The notes beneath the pieces are model-generated. The model saw only the letters and a program-made list of their open reading frames with translations, did no database searches and was not told the origin of the DNA. From positions 68,882,001 through 68,946,000 of the forward strand of contig OX597832.1 in the NCBI GenBank assembly GCA_951406725.2: a stretch of 64,000 bases of DNA, read 5' to 3'. This DNA is from Octopus vulgaris (Eukaryota). Positions 40,665 to 53,341 of this stretch are shown here, one piece after another (the first letter of the stretch is position 1; every line of letters starts with the position of its first letter). A program made the position numbers and the translations under genes.

Positions 40665-41460
40665 ACACAGAAATTGCATGAATTACACACATACTCACAT
40701 ATGGCCATGTGTGTGTGTGTGTTTAATTTTGTCTCTGAACTTACAGACTGGGTTGATGTTGTCTAAATTATAACACAAAAATAAAACAAAATGAAATACA
40801 AACAAACTCTTGTGCAGCCTTCCTTCATGTTTTATTTTGTAGATGAATGATTCTTTCAAAAAATAAACCACTATGGAATGGAGGACCAAGTGTATTTATC
40901 AGACATGTCACCTCTCCCACCATGCCCATCATTCTGAGACAGGTCATTTTTCTCAACTATGCTTTATATTTTAACTGTTTTATTGAACAAGTGGGAGGTG
41001 CATTGAGCACAGCATGGTTAAAGATATATGGCTTGTTTAGGAGAGAAAGAGAGAAAGAGAATTGGGAAAAAGGAAAGAGAATACAGCAATGTGGCTAGAA
41101 ATCTGGTGGGAGTGGGATGGGTGGAGATGGCGTGGACAAGTAGGAAGAACCAGAGAACACAGCAGGAATATGGTAATACAAGAAAGGAAGCAAAACAGAG
41201 GGGAAACAAAAGAAGAAATAAAGTACATGCAGACAATGGATACAGATTGAAGAATATGGACAGAGGTGGCAACATTGAATTCCGAAATGATAAAATGAAG
41301 ATGGCTGCTTGTGAGATTGGAATTAACTTCTACTAGGGGGTTGGGGGTGGGAGATGTAAATACACAAACACACACACAGGTGCAGTGCACTATACATGAT
41401 TATGCATTGCATCTTGTCTGAACTATGTCCTTCCCAGATCTATAATGGGCATATTCAATA

Positions 41461-41495
<35 letters not shown>

Positions 41496-41498
41496 ATG

Positions 41499-41536
<38 letters not shown>

Positions 41537-41708
41537 CATACATAATATATATATATTTATATATACATACATATATATATATAAATATACGTATGCATAT
41601 ATATATACATAAACACTCACACACACACACATATATATATATAAGTTAAAAGAATGCGATGAAAAATCCAAGGCTGTGAAAGATTTCAGAACATTTATAA
41701 AGAGAAGG

Positions 41709-41754
41709 TCTTACAGCTGTTTCAGGGATATTTTATATATCCCTTCATCGGAGA
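41709..41754 (-). ncRNA. Minimal type I hammerhead (U4C core variant) in a ~300-bp TA-flanked island (about 41643-41942)
   Basis: Minus strand TCT-CCGATGA-AGGGATAT-ATAAA-ATATCCCT-GAAAC-AGCT-GTA^-AGA: 8-bp stem II and palindromic stem III ACAGCTGT. Confidence 0.72.
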
Positions 41755-41958
41755 TGGTGTGAGAAATTGGTTAAGCAATAGTTATTATACAGAAGATATG
41801 GAATAGAGAGTGAAGTGGAGGAGTGAAAATAGACATGAGATATGCAGGGATATTGTTTCTGCAGTTCCAGTATTTAGGCAGAATGGTATACATATAAGAT
41901 TCCTGTACTTTGAATGTTCCAATAGTCCAATAGTATAGGTGTATGTATATACATACAT

Positions 41959-41991
<33 letters not shown>

Positions 41992-42072
41992 CATACATAC
42001 ACACACACGCACATATATACATATATATATATACATACATACATACACACACATATATATACATATATACAC

Positions 42073-43018
42073 ATCATCATCATCATAATCATTTAATGTC
42101 CGCATTCCATACTAGCATGGGTTGGACGATTTGACTGAGGTCTGGTGAACCAGACTCCAATCTGATCTGGCAGAGTTTCTACAGCTGGATGCCCTTCCTA
42201 ACACCAACCACTCCAAGAGTGTAGTGGGTGCTTTTATGTGCCACCGACATGAGGGCCAGTTTGGTGGTACTGGCAACGGCCATGCCTAAATGGTGCTTTT
42301 TATGTGCCACCTGCACAGGAACCAGTCCAGCGACACTGGTGACGACCTTGCTCGAATGTTTCACGTGCCACCAGCACAAGTGCTAGTAAGGCGACATAGT
42401 AACAATCATGCTTGGATGGTGTGCTTAACGTGCCATCGGCACAAAGGCCAGCTTGTTGCTCTGGCAATGATCTCACTCATATGCACTAGCAACAGATGCC
42501 AGTCACTGAGTTTGATTTCGACTTCAATTACACTTGCTTCAACAGGCCTTTGCAAGCAGATTTTAGTGTCCAATGAAGAAAATGCATGCATAAGTGGACT
42601 TGTTACACTCCTAGCATAGGCCACAAGGTTATGGTCACACTTGCACTTGCCGAGTCTTCTGCAGCACAGCATATTTCTAGAGGTCCCCTCACTAGTCATT
42701 GCCTTGGTGAGGCCCAATGTTTGAAGGTCATGCTTCACCACCTCATCCCAGGTCTTCCTGGGTCTACCTCCTCCACAGGTTCCCTCAACTGCTAGGGTGT
42801 GGCACTTTTTCACACAGCTATCCACATCCATTCTTGTCACATGACCATACCAGCGCAGTCGTCTTCTCTTCCACACCACATCTGATGCTTCTTAGGTCCA
42901 ATCTTTCTCTCAGGGCACTAACACTCTGTCGAGTATGCACACTGACATTACACATCCATCGGAGCATGCTGGCTTCATTCCTTGCGAGCTTACGCATATC
43001 TTCAGCAGTCACAGCCCA
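42073..43018 (-). mobile_element. 5'-truncated RTE LINE (C-terminus plus 3' UTR with about 4 diverged repeat units)
   Basis: [23 protein letters not shown] and RRLRWYGHV; (ATG)n tail; flanked by TA/CA tracts. Confidence 0.88.
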
Positions 43019-43136
43019 TATATACATACATATATAAATATATGTACATATATACATACACATATAATAATATATATACATATATACATACATATATATA
43101 TATACATATATACATAAATATATATGCATATAACCA

Positions 43137-43192
<56 letters not shown>

Positions 43193-44817
43193 CATACATA
43201 TATATACATATATATATATATATATACATACAAAAATGTATATGTATATATACAAAGATGTATATGACGGGAAGGTTTACGAAAATAAACAAAAGACGAA
43301 GGCAGGTGGAGTACAAATAAACAAATGTATTAGTATGGCACTCAGGAATAGAAATAGAACAAGTCTTTTACGTTTCGAGCCTGTTCATGTGGTATCATCT
43401 TTAAACATCTGCTTTCTATGCTGTCATGGGTTGGACAGTTTGACAGAAGTTAGCAAGCCAGAGAGCTGCACCATGTTCCAATGGTCTGTATTGGCATGGT
43501 TTCTGTAGCTGAATACCCTTCCTAATGCCAACAACTTTACAGAGTGGACTGGTGCTTTTCATGTGGCACTAGCACAGGTGTAATTTATGCAGTACCAGTG
43601 TGGATACTTTTCATATGACCCCAATACTGTTTCTGAGTATCTTGCAAGACAAAGACATCTCAGCTTAGAGGGGGAGTGCATGTGTATGTGTGTATGTGTG
43701 TGTGTGTGTGTGCGTGCATGTGCGTGTGTGTGTGTGTGAGTGTGTGCATGCGCGTGCGCGTGTGTGTGTGATGCTATCCTAGGAACAATTTAGCTCTTGA
43801 TAGTGTTGTAGATACACTGTTGTGATATATGCTATAATTGATGCATTTTTTATTTGAAGAATCCATCCATGCCCAACGTTGTTCACAGTTATTTTCTTGT
43901 AGGAGAAGAGAAAGTGACAGAAAGACCCCAGCACACAACTGGTACTTTATTGATCCAGAAAGAACAAAAGACAGAGTAAGTTCCAACAATGAGCCATCCA
44001 CTTGTTCAATCAACTGAGCCACTAACTTCACTGAATTTATGCATAAGTGGCTGAATATTCCATAGACACATGTACCCTTAATGTAATTCTCAAATAGAAT
44101 CAGTGTGATACAGTGGGTGATGAAACTGGACCTTTGAATCACAAGTGCAGTCCAGCCAACAGGATTCCACACAGTTTCTGTTAACAAAATTCCAATGACA
44201 AGACTTGAATTGACTTAAAGCTATGGTAACAGACATCTCTTCAAAATTCCATGCAGTGGGATTGAAACCAAGAATTCGGAATTGCGGAGTGAACTTCTTG
44301 GCCATTGGCCATGCTAGAGCATGGATATAGTTTATAGTTCTTTCAACTAACTTCATTAATTGACCCTCATTTATTGACTTGAATTTCCAGAGAAAGGAAG
44401 GTAGGAAACATTGCAAAATATGGTATCAGCTATGCATATAAAAATGTGTTAAGCATGGCGACTCTGCTTGTCTTTACAAATCTTCTTGATCAGGGTTGAC
44501 CATGTTTTGTTTCCAACATACAATTAAACAGACCAAAAACAATCAATGGAATTTGATGTTTTGTATTTGATGTTAACCTCTTCCTGTCAAGAATTAAAGA
44601 CACCGATGTCAGGTGGAAGGGAAAAGAAAAATATATCAGGAAATGATGGCAGATTTATTACTGATTCTATTGCAAATTTACTTCCAGGAAACCTCTGAAA
44701 GAGCCAGCCTTGTTGATAGTACTGTGTACTTAGGATTAATGAGTTTACACAAGACAGCACTCAAAATGAAAATTAAATACCTAGAGAGAGATGGAAAACA
44801 GGCATAAAAACATGTGT

Positions 44818-44868
<51 letters not shown>

Positions 44869-45185
44869 TGTGTGTGTGTATCCACATATACATATTTACA
44901 TATATGTATGTATGTATAATTAAAAATAAAAAATGCTGCAAACGATGACCTGAATGTAAATCTTAATGGATGCGTGCATTTAGTAATTAATGAAAGAAAT
45001 GATCATACACTCATATGGCAAATTTAATAACCTTCAGTAGATTTGCCAGAGCAAGTAGTCTAAGATGTGATGTTGTAATGGAGAGTGAGAATAAATAAAA
45101 CTGGAGCTAATTATTTCTTCCAAGTAGGAATGAATTTGGACCGAAAAAGAGAAGAGGCGAGAGACAAATGACAGTGATAAGGATT

Positions 45186-45216
<31 letters not shown>

Positions 45217-45222
45217 TTATTC

Positions 45223-45256
<34 letters not shown>

Positions 45257-45438
45257 TTTTATTATTATTATTACTAGTAATTGTAGTATTGTAGATGTCG
45301 TTTTTATAGTGGTGAGCCGGCAGGATTATTAGAGTGTCAGGAAAAATTCTTTGTGACATTTGTTCTGGATCATTATACTCTGAGTTCAAATCCTGCTGAA
45401 GTTAAGTTCAATTTTCATTCTTTTACAGTTGACAAAAT

Positions 45439-45949
45439 AAAGTGCCAGTCAAGTATTGAGGTTCATGTAATCAACCAGCCTCCCACCCCCCAATTGCTGG
45501 CCTTCTCTCTAAACACAGAACAAGGGGAAAGAGAAGTAAAAGACGAGCCCTATTTCCATATCTCTAATACACAGACTTCCTTTGTTCTATCGTTTAATGT
45601 TTCCTTTTGGTGGAAGAAGATAATTCAGCCAGAACAGAAAACAACAACAACAAAAAAATCCGAAAAACCATGGAACATTCTTTAAATGAACAGAATGGAA
45701 CAAAGAAATATTAATAATATACACAGTTCCACTGTTTTGTTTGAAGGAAAAAGTAATATTTCATGTGAGGAATGGTATTCAGTTCAATAGTTGGAGAATA
45801 GGAGAGGAATATCTAAATATTCTTCTCAGGCCATTCAGTAATTAAAAAATAGTTGGAAGGAAACATTTCTACATTTTTCCTACTTGTTTAAATATCGACC
45901 AGTTCTGAAAGACATCTTGGGAACTTTTGTGCATGCATGCACACACACT

Positions 45950-46026
<77 letters not shown>

Positions 46027-46581
46027 TGTGAGAAATAGAAAACTATAATAATAGTGATAATAATAACAACAACCTGGAGCAATAAATGGACTATAGTAAA
46101 TATTCTGCTGAATACCATAGATTTGCTGGTCAGTTGTTTGACCGTAGCCAGTTGAGCATGTCCCTTGTTGGCTGACAATATGTGCATCTCTGATCACAAG
46201 CAGAAGTAGTGGGGGAGCATCATAGCCATGTATTGAGAGGAAGTATTTGGTATTTGGATAAGTCCTCTATGGAAACATGGGTATTTCATTCATTGTCCTT
46301 AAACAAACCTTATTCAGGAACCTTTTTTGAGAGGGGTTACTCAACCTGAAAAAAATTCTAACAGGAATGTTGTTGTTTTCTATTCTGGCTGAATTATCTT
46401 CTTCCACCAAAAGGAAACATGAAACGATAGAAAAAAGAAAGTCTGTGTATTAGAGATATAGAAATAGGGCTCATCTTTCACTTCTCTTTCCCCTTGTTCT
46501 GCATTTGGGGAGAAGGCCAGCAATTTAGAGTGGGTGGGAGGCTGGTTGATTACATGAACCTCAATACTTGACTGGCACTTT
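45439..46581. repeat. Inverted duplication: 45439-45649 versus 46368-46581
   Basis: ~210-bp arms match as reverse complements (roughly 90% by eye) and span a SINE 3' part plus unique flank. Confidence 0.88.
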
Positions 46582-48013
46582 CCTATAATCTATCCGTGCT
46601 ATTGTTAGATTTTTCATTCTAACTTTTACTTCATTTAGAACTGCTTTGTCTATTCATGCATTCCTCAAACCTTCTTCCTGCAACCTTACTGTTCTTGTTG
46701 TTGAGGTGCTCGTAAATGCTTTCTGAAAGCATTCCTGTTAACAGCTTCTACACTAATGGTAAGCATGTCTATAGTTGCTAGCTGTATTACACTTGCTCTT
46801 ATCTTTCATAAGGAGTATTATTCTCCCTCTAGTAATCAAATCTGCTATTATTCCACCATTAAAGAAAACCTGAAGTTGTTCCCTCAGCATCCGATGTAAA
46901 CTATTGAATTTCTTTAGCCAGTAACCTTGAACTAAATCTGGTCCTGAGCCCTTCCAATTCAGCATTTTTTCCCAACACTTTACTCATTAATGCACTAATT
47001 AATCTTAGATCTGGCTGCTTCTCACTCACTATTTCTTCCTTCACTATCTTTAACCATACTGTATCTCCATTATGATTGACTGGCTTTTCCCAAATATTAC
47101 TCCAAAATTTTCTAGCTTCATCTACATTAGGTTTCTCATCTTCAGTACTTAGTTCTCCACTATTTATTTGGTAATAAAATCTACTCTGATCTGTCTCAAA
47201 TAGTCTATTCTGTTTATATTGATCTATTCTTTCCTGATATCTGGAGAACTTGCCTGCTACTGCTATGATACGCTATTTCAACTCTTCTATTACTGTCCCA
47301 AATCCTTTCTCTTTGACTAAATATCTTTCCTCGAGGAGAGATTTGCATCTTGTGCTTCCTAACTTGTTCGTTTTCCAGGCTTCTATTCTACTCAAATCTC
47401 GTCTTACAGTTTTAGTCATTTCTTGTAGCTTCCTTCTGTTGATGTCATTTTTTTCTTACTTCTTTACTCATTACTTCCTGCAACTCTTTTAAAATCTGAT
47501 CTTCCTCCTTTAAATCACTTAAGTCAATGGTGCCAGTTGTCCCTTCATTATTGGTAGCACTTTTATTATTTTTTCCTTTAGGTTCTCCTTTGGTTTGAGC
47601 TGTATCTCTTATGCTGTTGCTTGTCTTTTCCAGTTCTCTTGTGATCTCGTCTACCTTCATTTCTGTCATCCACTTTCTTCTCCCAATAGTATTAGCTTGA
47701 TCACCTAATCTCTGCTCAGTCACTTTAAACATACCCTTCTCTACACAAAGTGTTAATATCCGTTTTCTATAGCCCCTTCTATTAGGTTTGCTTTCTAAGT
47801 AGCTGCATCACTATCCTGTTTTCTTCACTAGTCTACTTCTTCCTCCTTACTCTGTTACCTACTGATGCTGTCTTAGGATAACATCTGTGTTCCCTCTGTG
47901 TCTTTACTGAACCACTGCTGAGTGAGAGGCCTTCTCTTAAAGGTCCAGCTTCAATTTCACTGTTATAACCAGAGTTTCTTTGGAAACACCTGTCTTTCAT
48001 AAACTAAGGTAAG

Positions 48014-48015
<2 letters not shown>
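46582..48015 (-). mobile_element. R4/Dong-clade RLE non-LTR retrotransposon, degenerate 5' half
   Basis: NWKGSGPDLVQGYWLKKF...TRGRIILLMKDKSK...SNYR (start of RT) and TEQRLGDQANTI.RRKW (N-terminal motif); the 5' end abuts (TAA)n. Confidence 0.75.

Positions 48016-48107
<92 letters not shown>
48016..48107. repeat. Pure (ATT)n microsatellite, about 30 units
   Basis: Directly visible. Confidence 0.95.
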
Positions 48108-48108
<1 letters not shown>

Positions 48109-48490
48109 TCATGTCTTGTAACTATAGTACAAAGGATTATAAATAGTGTTGTAATATTAAGAATATCAACATTATTACTATTAAACAATACTACTATTAC
48201 TGCTACTACTACCACTTATAACAATAACCACAACAAGAACAACAATAATAATGATAATAATAAATATAACAATCACACAGACCAAACAAAAAAGAACGTA
48301 AAAATTCTTTAATATTGAAGGTTCTCTTGGGTTTCATTCACAAATTTTATAGAATTCAATGTTATTATAAAATACAGAAAAATATTTCATGATATCAAAA
48401 CAAAACAAAACTAATATCTGCTTCTTCATTAAACAAAACAAATTGTTTGGCATTACCAAGAAAATATCAAGCAGCAGGAATAATAATAAC

Positions 48491-48534
<44 letters not shown>

Positions 48535-48938
48535 TCGATACTAATGAGTGAATGAAAATTACATTATGTAGTCAAAAAGAAAACATAGATGATATGTCTG
48601 GAAGATTGGATGTTTGAATAGCAGCAGCAGCAATGGCAGCAGCAACAGCAGCAGTTGTTGTTAAGTAAGAGCTTCACCATCTCATGACTAATAATACAGC
48701 AAAACACCATGTATTTAAATTACTGCTATGTACTATCAACTATTTTTGTCATTATTCTACTGAAGAGATTGGATTAACAATTGAAACACGGTGCAAATAT
48801 AGGATAAATTGATATTTTAACGAGAATACTTATAGTTCTGATTGCACATAGAGTGTACATCCTTATACACACACATGCTATATATATATGTATATGTGTT
48901 TATATATATATGTGTTTATATATATGTGTGTATGTGTG

Positions 48939-48990
<52 letters not shown>

Positions 48991-49549
48991 TGTATATACA
49001 CATACAAATTAGATGAGTTCACAGATTATGCTATTATTTTGATGCTCAACAGAAGAGAAAAAGTTAACGGCTATAATGCCTGCCTTCTCATCTGCTCTCT
49101 CACCAAATATCACCCATTTGATTCTACATCAAATTTCCAGTCAAACTGTAACCAAATATACTGAACAATACCAATTAACTTCTCTCACTTGGATTCTTTC
49201 CCGTTTTCATTTCTTCTTCCGTTTCCAGCTATCCAAAGATGGTTTAGACCAATCACTCAGTAGTAGAAGGCATCAAGTCCAAATAAGAAGGAGATATAAT
49301 CACTAGAATTAAGATTTCCCTGAAATTGACACGTCATTAGGCATAAGACAGGCTGTCATTGTTAAAAACAAGAGGACAGCTATTGACATGTGTTTCTGCT
49401 TCAGCAAGCATCATCTGCAAAATAATTGCCCTATCTTATCTTCAACAACTGAGACACCTCATCATTTTATATAAATACATACATAAATACATTTGTGTAT
49501 ATATACATATATATATGTGTGTGTGTATGTGTTTGTGAGTGTGTATACA

Positions 49550-49579
<30 letters not shown>

Positions 49580-49580
<1 letters not shown>

Positions 49581-51572
49581 TGGGTTGTCCTATAAATAAA
49601 GCAGATTTTTTATATTTGCTTTATGTTTCAAAATTTAGCTAAACAAAGTTCTTTTTTAATTTAAAACATACTCTCCTTCATTTTCTACAATACCCTTCTA
49701 TCTATCTGGTAGATTTGCAAGGCCCTGCTTCCAAAGTTCACTTGTCCATGATGAAAAATACTCCTCCAGTAAGGTTCTGACTTTATCTACCAAATTCATA
49801 ATTTTTTTGTCAAAATGATTTTGAAGATTGCAGAATAAATGACAGTGAGATGGGGCAATGTCCGGCGAATATGGTGGGTGGGGCATCGTTTCCCATTCAA
49901 ACTGCTCCAGCCTTTGGAATGTCATCCTTGCTGTATGTGGCTGAGCATTATCCTGATGAAAGAATACATCTTGAAATCAAAGATGGTTGTTTTCCTTCTA
50001 GCACCAACTTAAACCACTCAAGCTGCTCACAGTAGATTTCCTTTGTTACCTCCACAAAGGAAGGAGGTTATGTTTTCCTTGGCTTTGGTTTGTCCATCTG
50101 TCCATCTGTGTGCAAAATAACTCAAAAAGTTGTGAACGGTATTTGATGAAACTTGCAGGAAAAATTTTGGTAGTGATATGGGAATTTTTATGGATTCTTG
50201 AAGGATTTTTCATTTGTTATATTTACTTTACATGAAGTATTACAATGTTATGTTCTTTGATTACTTCCCTTGAAAAAATATCATTTCCACATAACCTATG
50301 GTGGCGTTGCTGTTTAGAGACAGTGTTGATGATGATGATGGTCGAGATAAGTATGGAAGGAGGATAAAATAGTATCGGTGGTTATAATGGCGACAGGAGC
50401 AGTGTGATGTGTGGTACTGAGGTGATGGTGGTAATAGTGGTGTTGATGATAGTGATAGTTGTGTGATGGTGGTATTGCAGTGGTTATACTAGTTGTGGTG
50501 GCAAAAGTGACTGTCAAAGTAACCACCATGATAACATTGATGGTGGTGTATATGGTTGAAGTGGAAGCAATGACAATGCTGCTGATGGTGTTGGCCATTG
50601 TGAACTGCTTCAGATGATTCCTGTTTTTAAAGGGTTTTTTCTTAAAATCATATGGCTGTGTTTTTTTTTTTACCCCTGCCAAGGAGGTTATGTTTTTGCC
50701 AATGTTGGTTTGGGAAATTGGGCGATTTTCAGCATGTGTGTGTAAGGGATGAAATGAGCTGCTTGGCAGGGACTGCACTCTCTGAGTGCTTTTCTAGTTA
50801 TCATTTGGTTTGGGTTTAAAAATTTAAAATTTAAACCTTCCATATCCCAACAAAGAAATAACATCTTACGTGGGTGAAGACCTTCTTTACTCTGGGGTGC
50901 CGGTGTTTTTTTTCCCTACCCACTGTCTTCAGTACTTAACATTTTATTCAGTCTAAAGAAGATTCATTCATGAGACATGACAGCAAAGAAGAGCACACAT
51001 TCACTCTCTGCACCTGATTAGACTCAGAAAGTTTGTGAGGAACTCATTGACCCAATTTGCTGACTTTTCTGATTGCATGCAGGTGTCAATGAATGGTTGA
51101 ATGACCAAATCCAAGCTTCTCTGCTAGTTCCTCAACAGTTATGATGGCATTTTGTTCCACCAGATTTGCAGGACATCCTCGTCGAGCTCTACAGATCTTC
51201 TAGGATAAGGCTTGTCTTCTAGGCTCTAGTTTCTAGTTCAGAATTTCTGAAACAACTTTTGTCACTAGCTTACACTTATTGTCCAATCCCCATATACTGC
51301 TTTCATATACCTCACACTTCTGATTGTGGGAGGTATATTGAACTCATAAGGCAAAATATGCTGAATATGCTCCTTTGTCACTTCCATTATAGCTTTCAAA
51401 AAATAATTGTTAAAATCAAACTGCACTCTTCAAACTTGCACTAAGAATAATGACAAGGTAAAATAAATGCCTGCGTTTATAGCAAGTTGATGCAGGTAGT
51501 TTATCCTGTCCCTCTCCAACTTTTAGTTCATACAATTGAAAAAAAAAATGCATTATTTGCGGGATGATCCAA
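49580..51572 (-). mobile_element. Mariner transposon with both TIRs and TA TSDs, degenerate and interrupted
   Basis: Left end TA|TTGGGTTGTCC..AAATAA.GCA versus right-end reverse complement TA|TTGGATCATCCCGCAAATAATGCA; ORF 49698..49925 contains WETMPHPPYSPDIAPS. Confidence 0.85.
50045..50800 (+). mobile_element. Crypton-like non-autonomous insertion (two starts, 50046 and about 50670) inside the mariner
   Basis: Begins TTACCTCCAC..GGAGGTTATGTTTTC and ends GCACTCTCTGAGTGCTTTTCTAGTT. GTTA is present at both junctions (50045-48 and 50797-800), and mariner sequence resumes afterwards. Confidence 0.55.
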
Positions 51573-51574
51573 TA

Positions 51575-52080
51575 CGGGATAGAAAAAAAATCTGTGCACT
51601 GTTGTGAAAATTAGCTGCCCAGCAGATGTTAACATATAAATTTGAAGATCAGTGAAAAAGAGAACCCCTATGCTGAACTTTTGAGAAATCTGCAGTTACT
51701 CAATTCAGATTACAAGTTCAGGTTTATATCTGTAATTATCGGAGCCCTGGGATATGTAACACACTGTCTAAATACCAATTTTGAGAAATTAGGCTTCTCA
51801 AAACCAGAAATGAGAAAGTTAAAAATCGAAGATTACAGATCCAATCCATCACTGGAACTGTAAAAATCTGTAAAACTTTCCAGAAGTTTATCATTTAAAT
51901 ATATATATGAGCAACTATATGCTTGAGAATACATACATAAAACATACAAATCTGCACATACATACATACAAAAATACCCTGTTGTTGAAGTTGAAATTCC
52001 AATGAAGGAGCCTTGGATCTAGGTTAGAAACCGGCTCTTTCTCTATTGGCAAGAAATCTTGAGAAAAAACTGAATAATGA
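51575..52080 (+). mobile_element. 3' fragment of an RLE (R4-like) non-LTR element ending in (CATA)n
   Basis: CTVVKISCPADVNI / KISEKENPYAELLRNLQLL..YKFRFISVIIGALGYV resembles the restriction-like endonuclease end; (CATA)n at 52081-52237. Confidence 0.7.
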
Positions 52081-52208
52081 CATACATACATACATACATA
52101 CATACATACATACATACATACATACACACATACACACACACACACACATACATACATACATACATACATACACGCATACATACATACATACATACATACA
52201 TACATACA

Positions 52209-52239
<31 letters not shown>

Positions 52240-52315
52240 GTAGTAAGGTAAACAAAAAGGTTAAGCTTGAGATAGATATTAACATAGAGTACAAGCTACA
52301 GATTACAAAATAAAA

Positions 52316-53045
52316 TAGCTGTATGGTAAGAAGCTTGCTTCCAAACCATATGGTTCCAGTTTCAGTAGCACTGCATGGCACTGTGTAACACCTTGGGCAA
52401 GTGTCTTCTACTGTAGCCTTAGGTTGACCAAAGCCTTGTGAGTGGATTTGGTAGACAGAATCTGAAAGAAGTTTGTCATGCATATATATATATATACTGT
52501 TTATCTCTTGCTCGGAGATTTAATATAACTTATCTCTCTCTTTTATGGGATCAGCGACATTGGGTCACTAGGAAAAGGATATAGTATTTTGCGAGTGAAA
52601 TGAGTTCTTCATCACTGGCCAGAGATTAACACACTGAAGATGGGTAAACACCCAGAAACTCAGGTTTGTGTGTACCATGTAAGGCTAGAAATGGGAGCCA
52701 TGACCTCCCTCACAAATACTAATGTGTCATTGACCTGCTGGAGAAGACTTCCTGGGGCTAGAAACAACAGTAGCACCATCTTCTATAGGACCGCCACATT
52801 TACTTGACAAACATGTGTGTGTGTGTGTGTGTGTGTGTGTCTTTGTCCCTCCTTCACTGCTTGACAACTGGTGTTGATGTGTTTATATCCCTGTAACTTA
52901 GCTGTTCAACAAAACGAACAGAAAGAATAAGTAGTAGGCTTACAAAGAATAAGTCCTGGGAACAAATTGATTGACTTAAAACCGTTGAAGATGGTGCTCC
53001 AGCATGGTCACAGTCAAATGACTGAAACAAGTAAAAGAAGTAAAA
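52316..53045 (+). mobile_element. SINE family A split in its central microsatellite by a ~315-bp hammerhead-bearing insert (about 52498-52812)
   Basis: Head and body at 52316-52480 and the 3' half at 52813-53045 are collinear with 8140-8529. Confidence 0.8.
52629..52671 (+). ncRNA. Minimal type I hammerhead ribozyme
   Basis: ACACA-CTGAAGA-TGGGT-AAAC-ACCCA-GAAAC-TCAG-GTT^-TGTGT: 5-bp stems I and II, intact core, GUU cleavage triplet. Confidence 0.75.
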
Positions 53046-53072
53046 TACACAGACACACATAGATATACATAC

Positions 53073-53115
<43 letters not shown>

Positions 53116-53295
53116 TATATACATATACATATATGTATGAATATATATATACATAAACATACATACATACGCTTATACATATATGCATGAATATATATAT
53201 ACATATATATAAATATATGTGTGTGTATATATATATATATACATATATATATGTATACACCTGTCTTCATCTTTTGTTATTCTATAAATTTCAAC

Positions 53296-53341
<46 letters not shown>

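Noticed and set aside
43260-43385. Half hammerhead (GCTCGAAACGTA, minus strand) and its related copy at 34365-34400
   Set aside because: One is truncated before the CUGANGA box and the other has a mutated core, so neither is called as a ribozyme.
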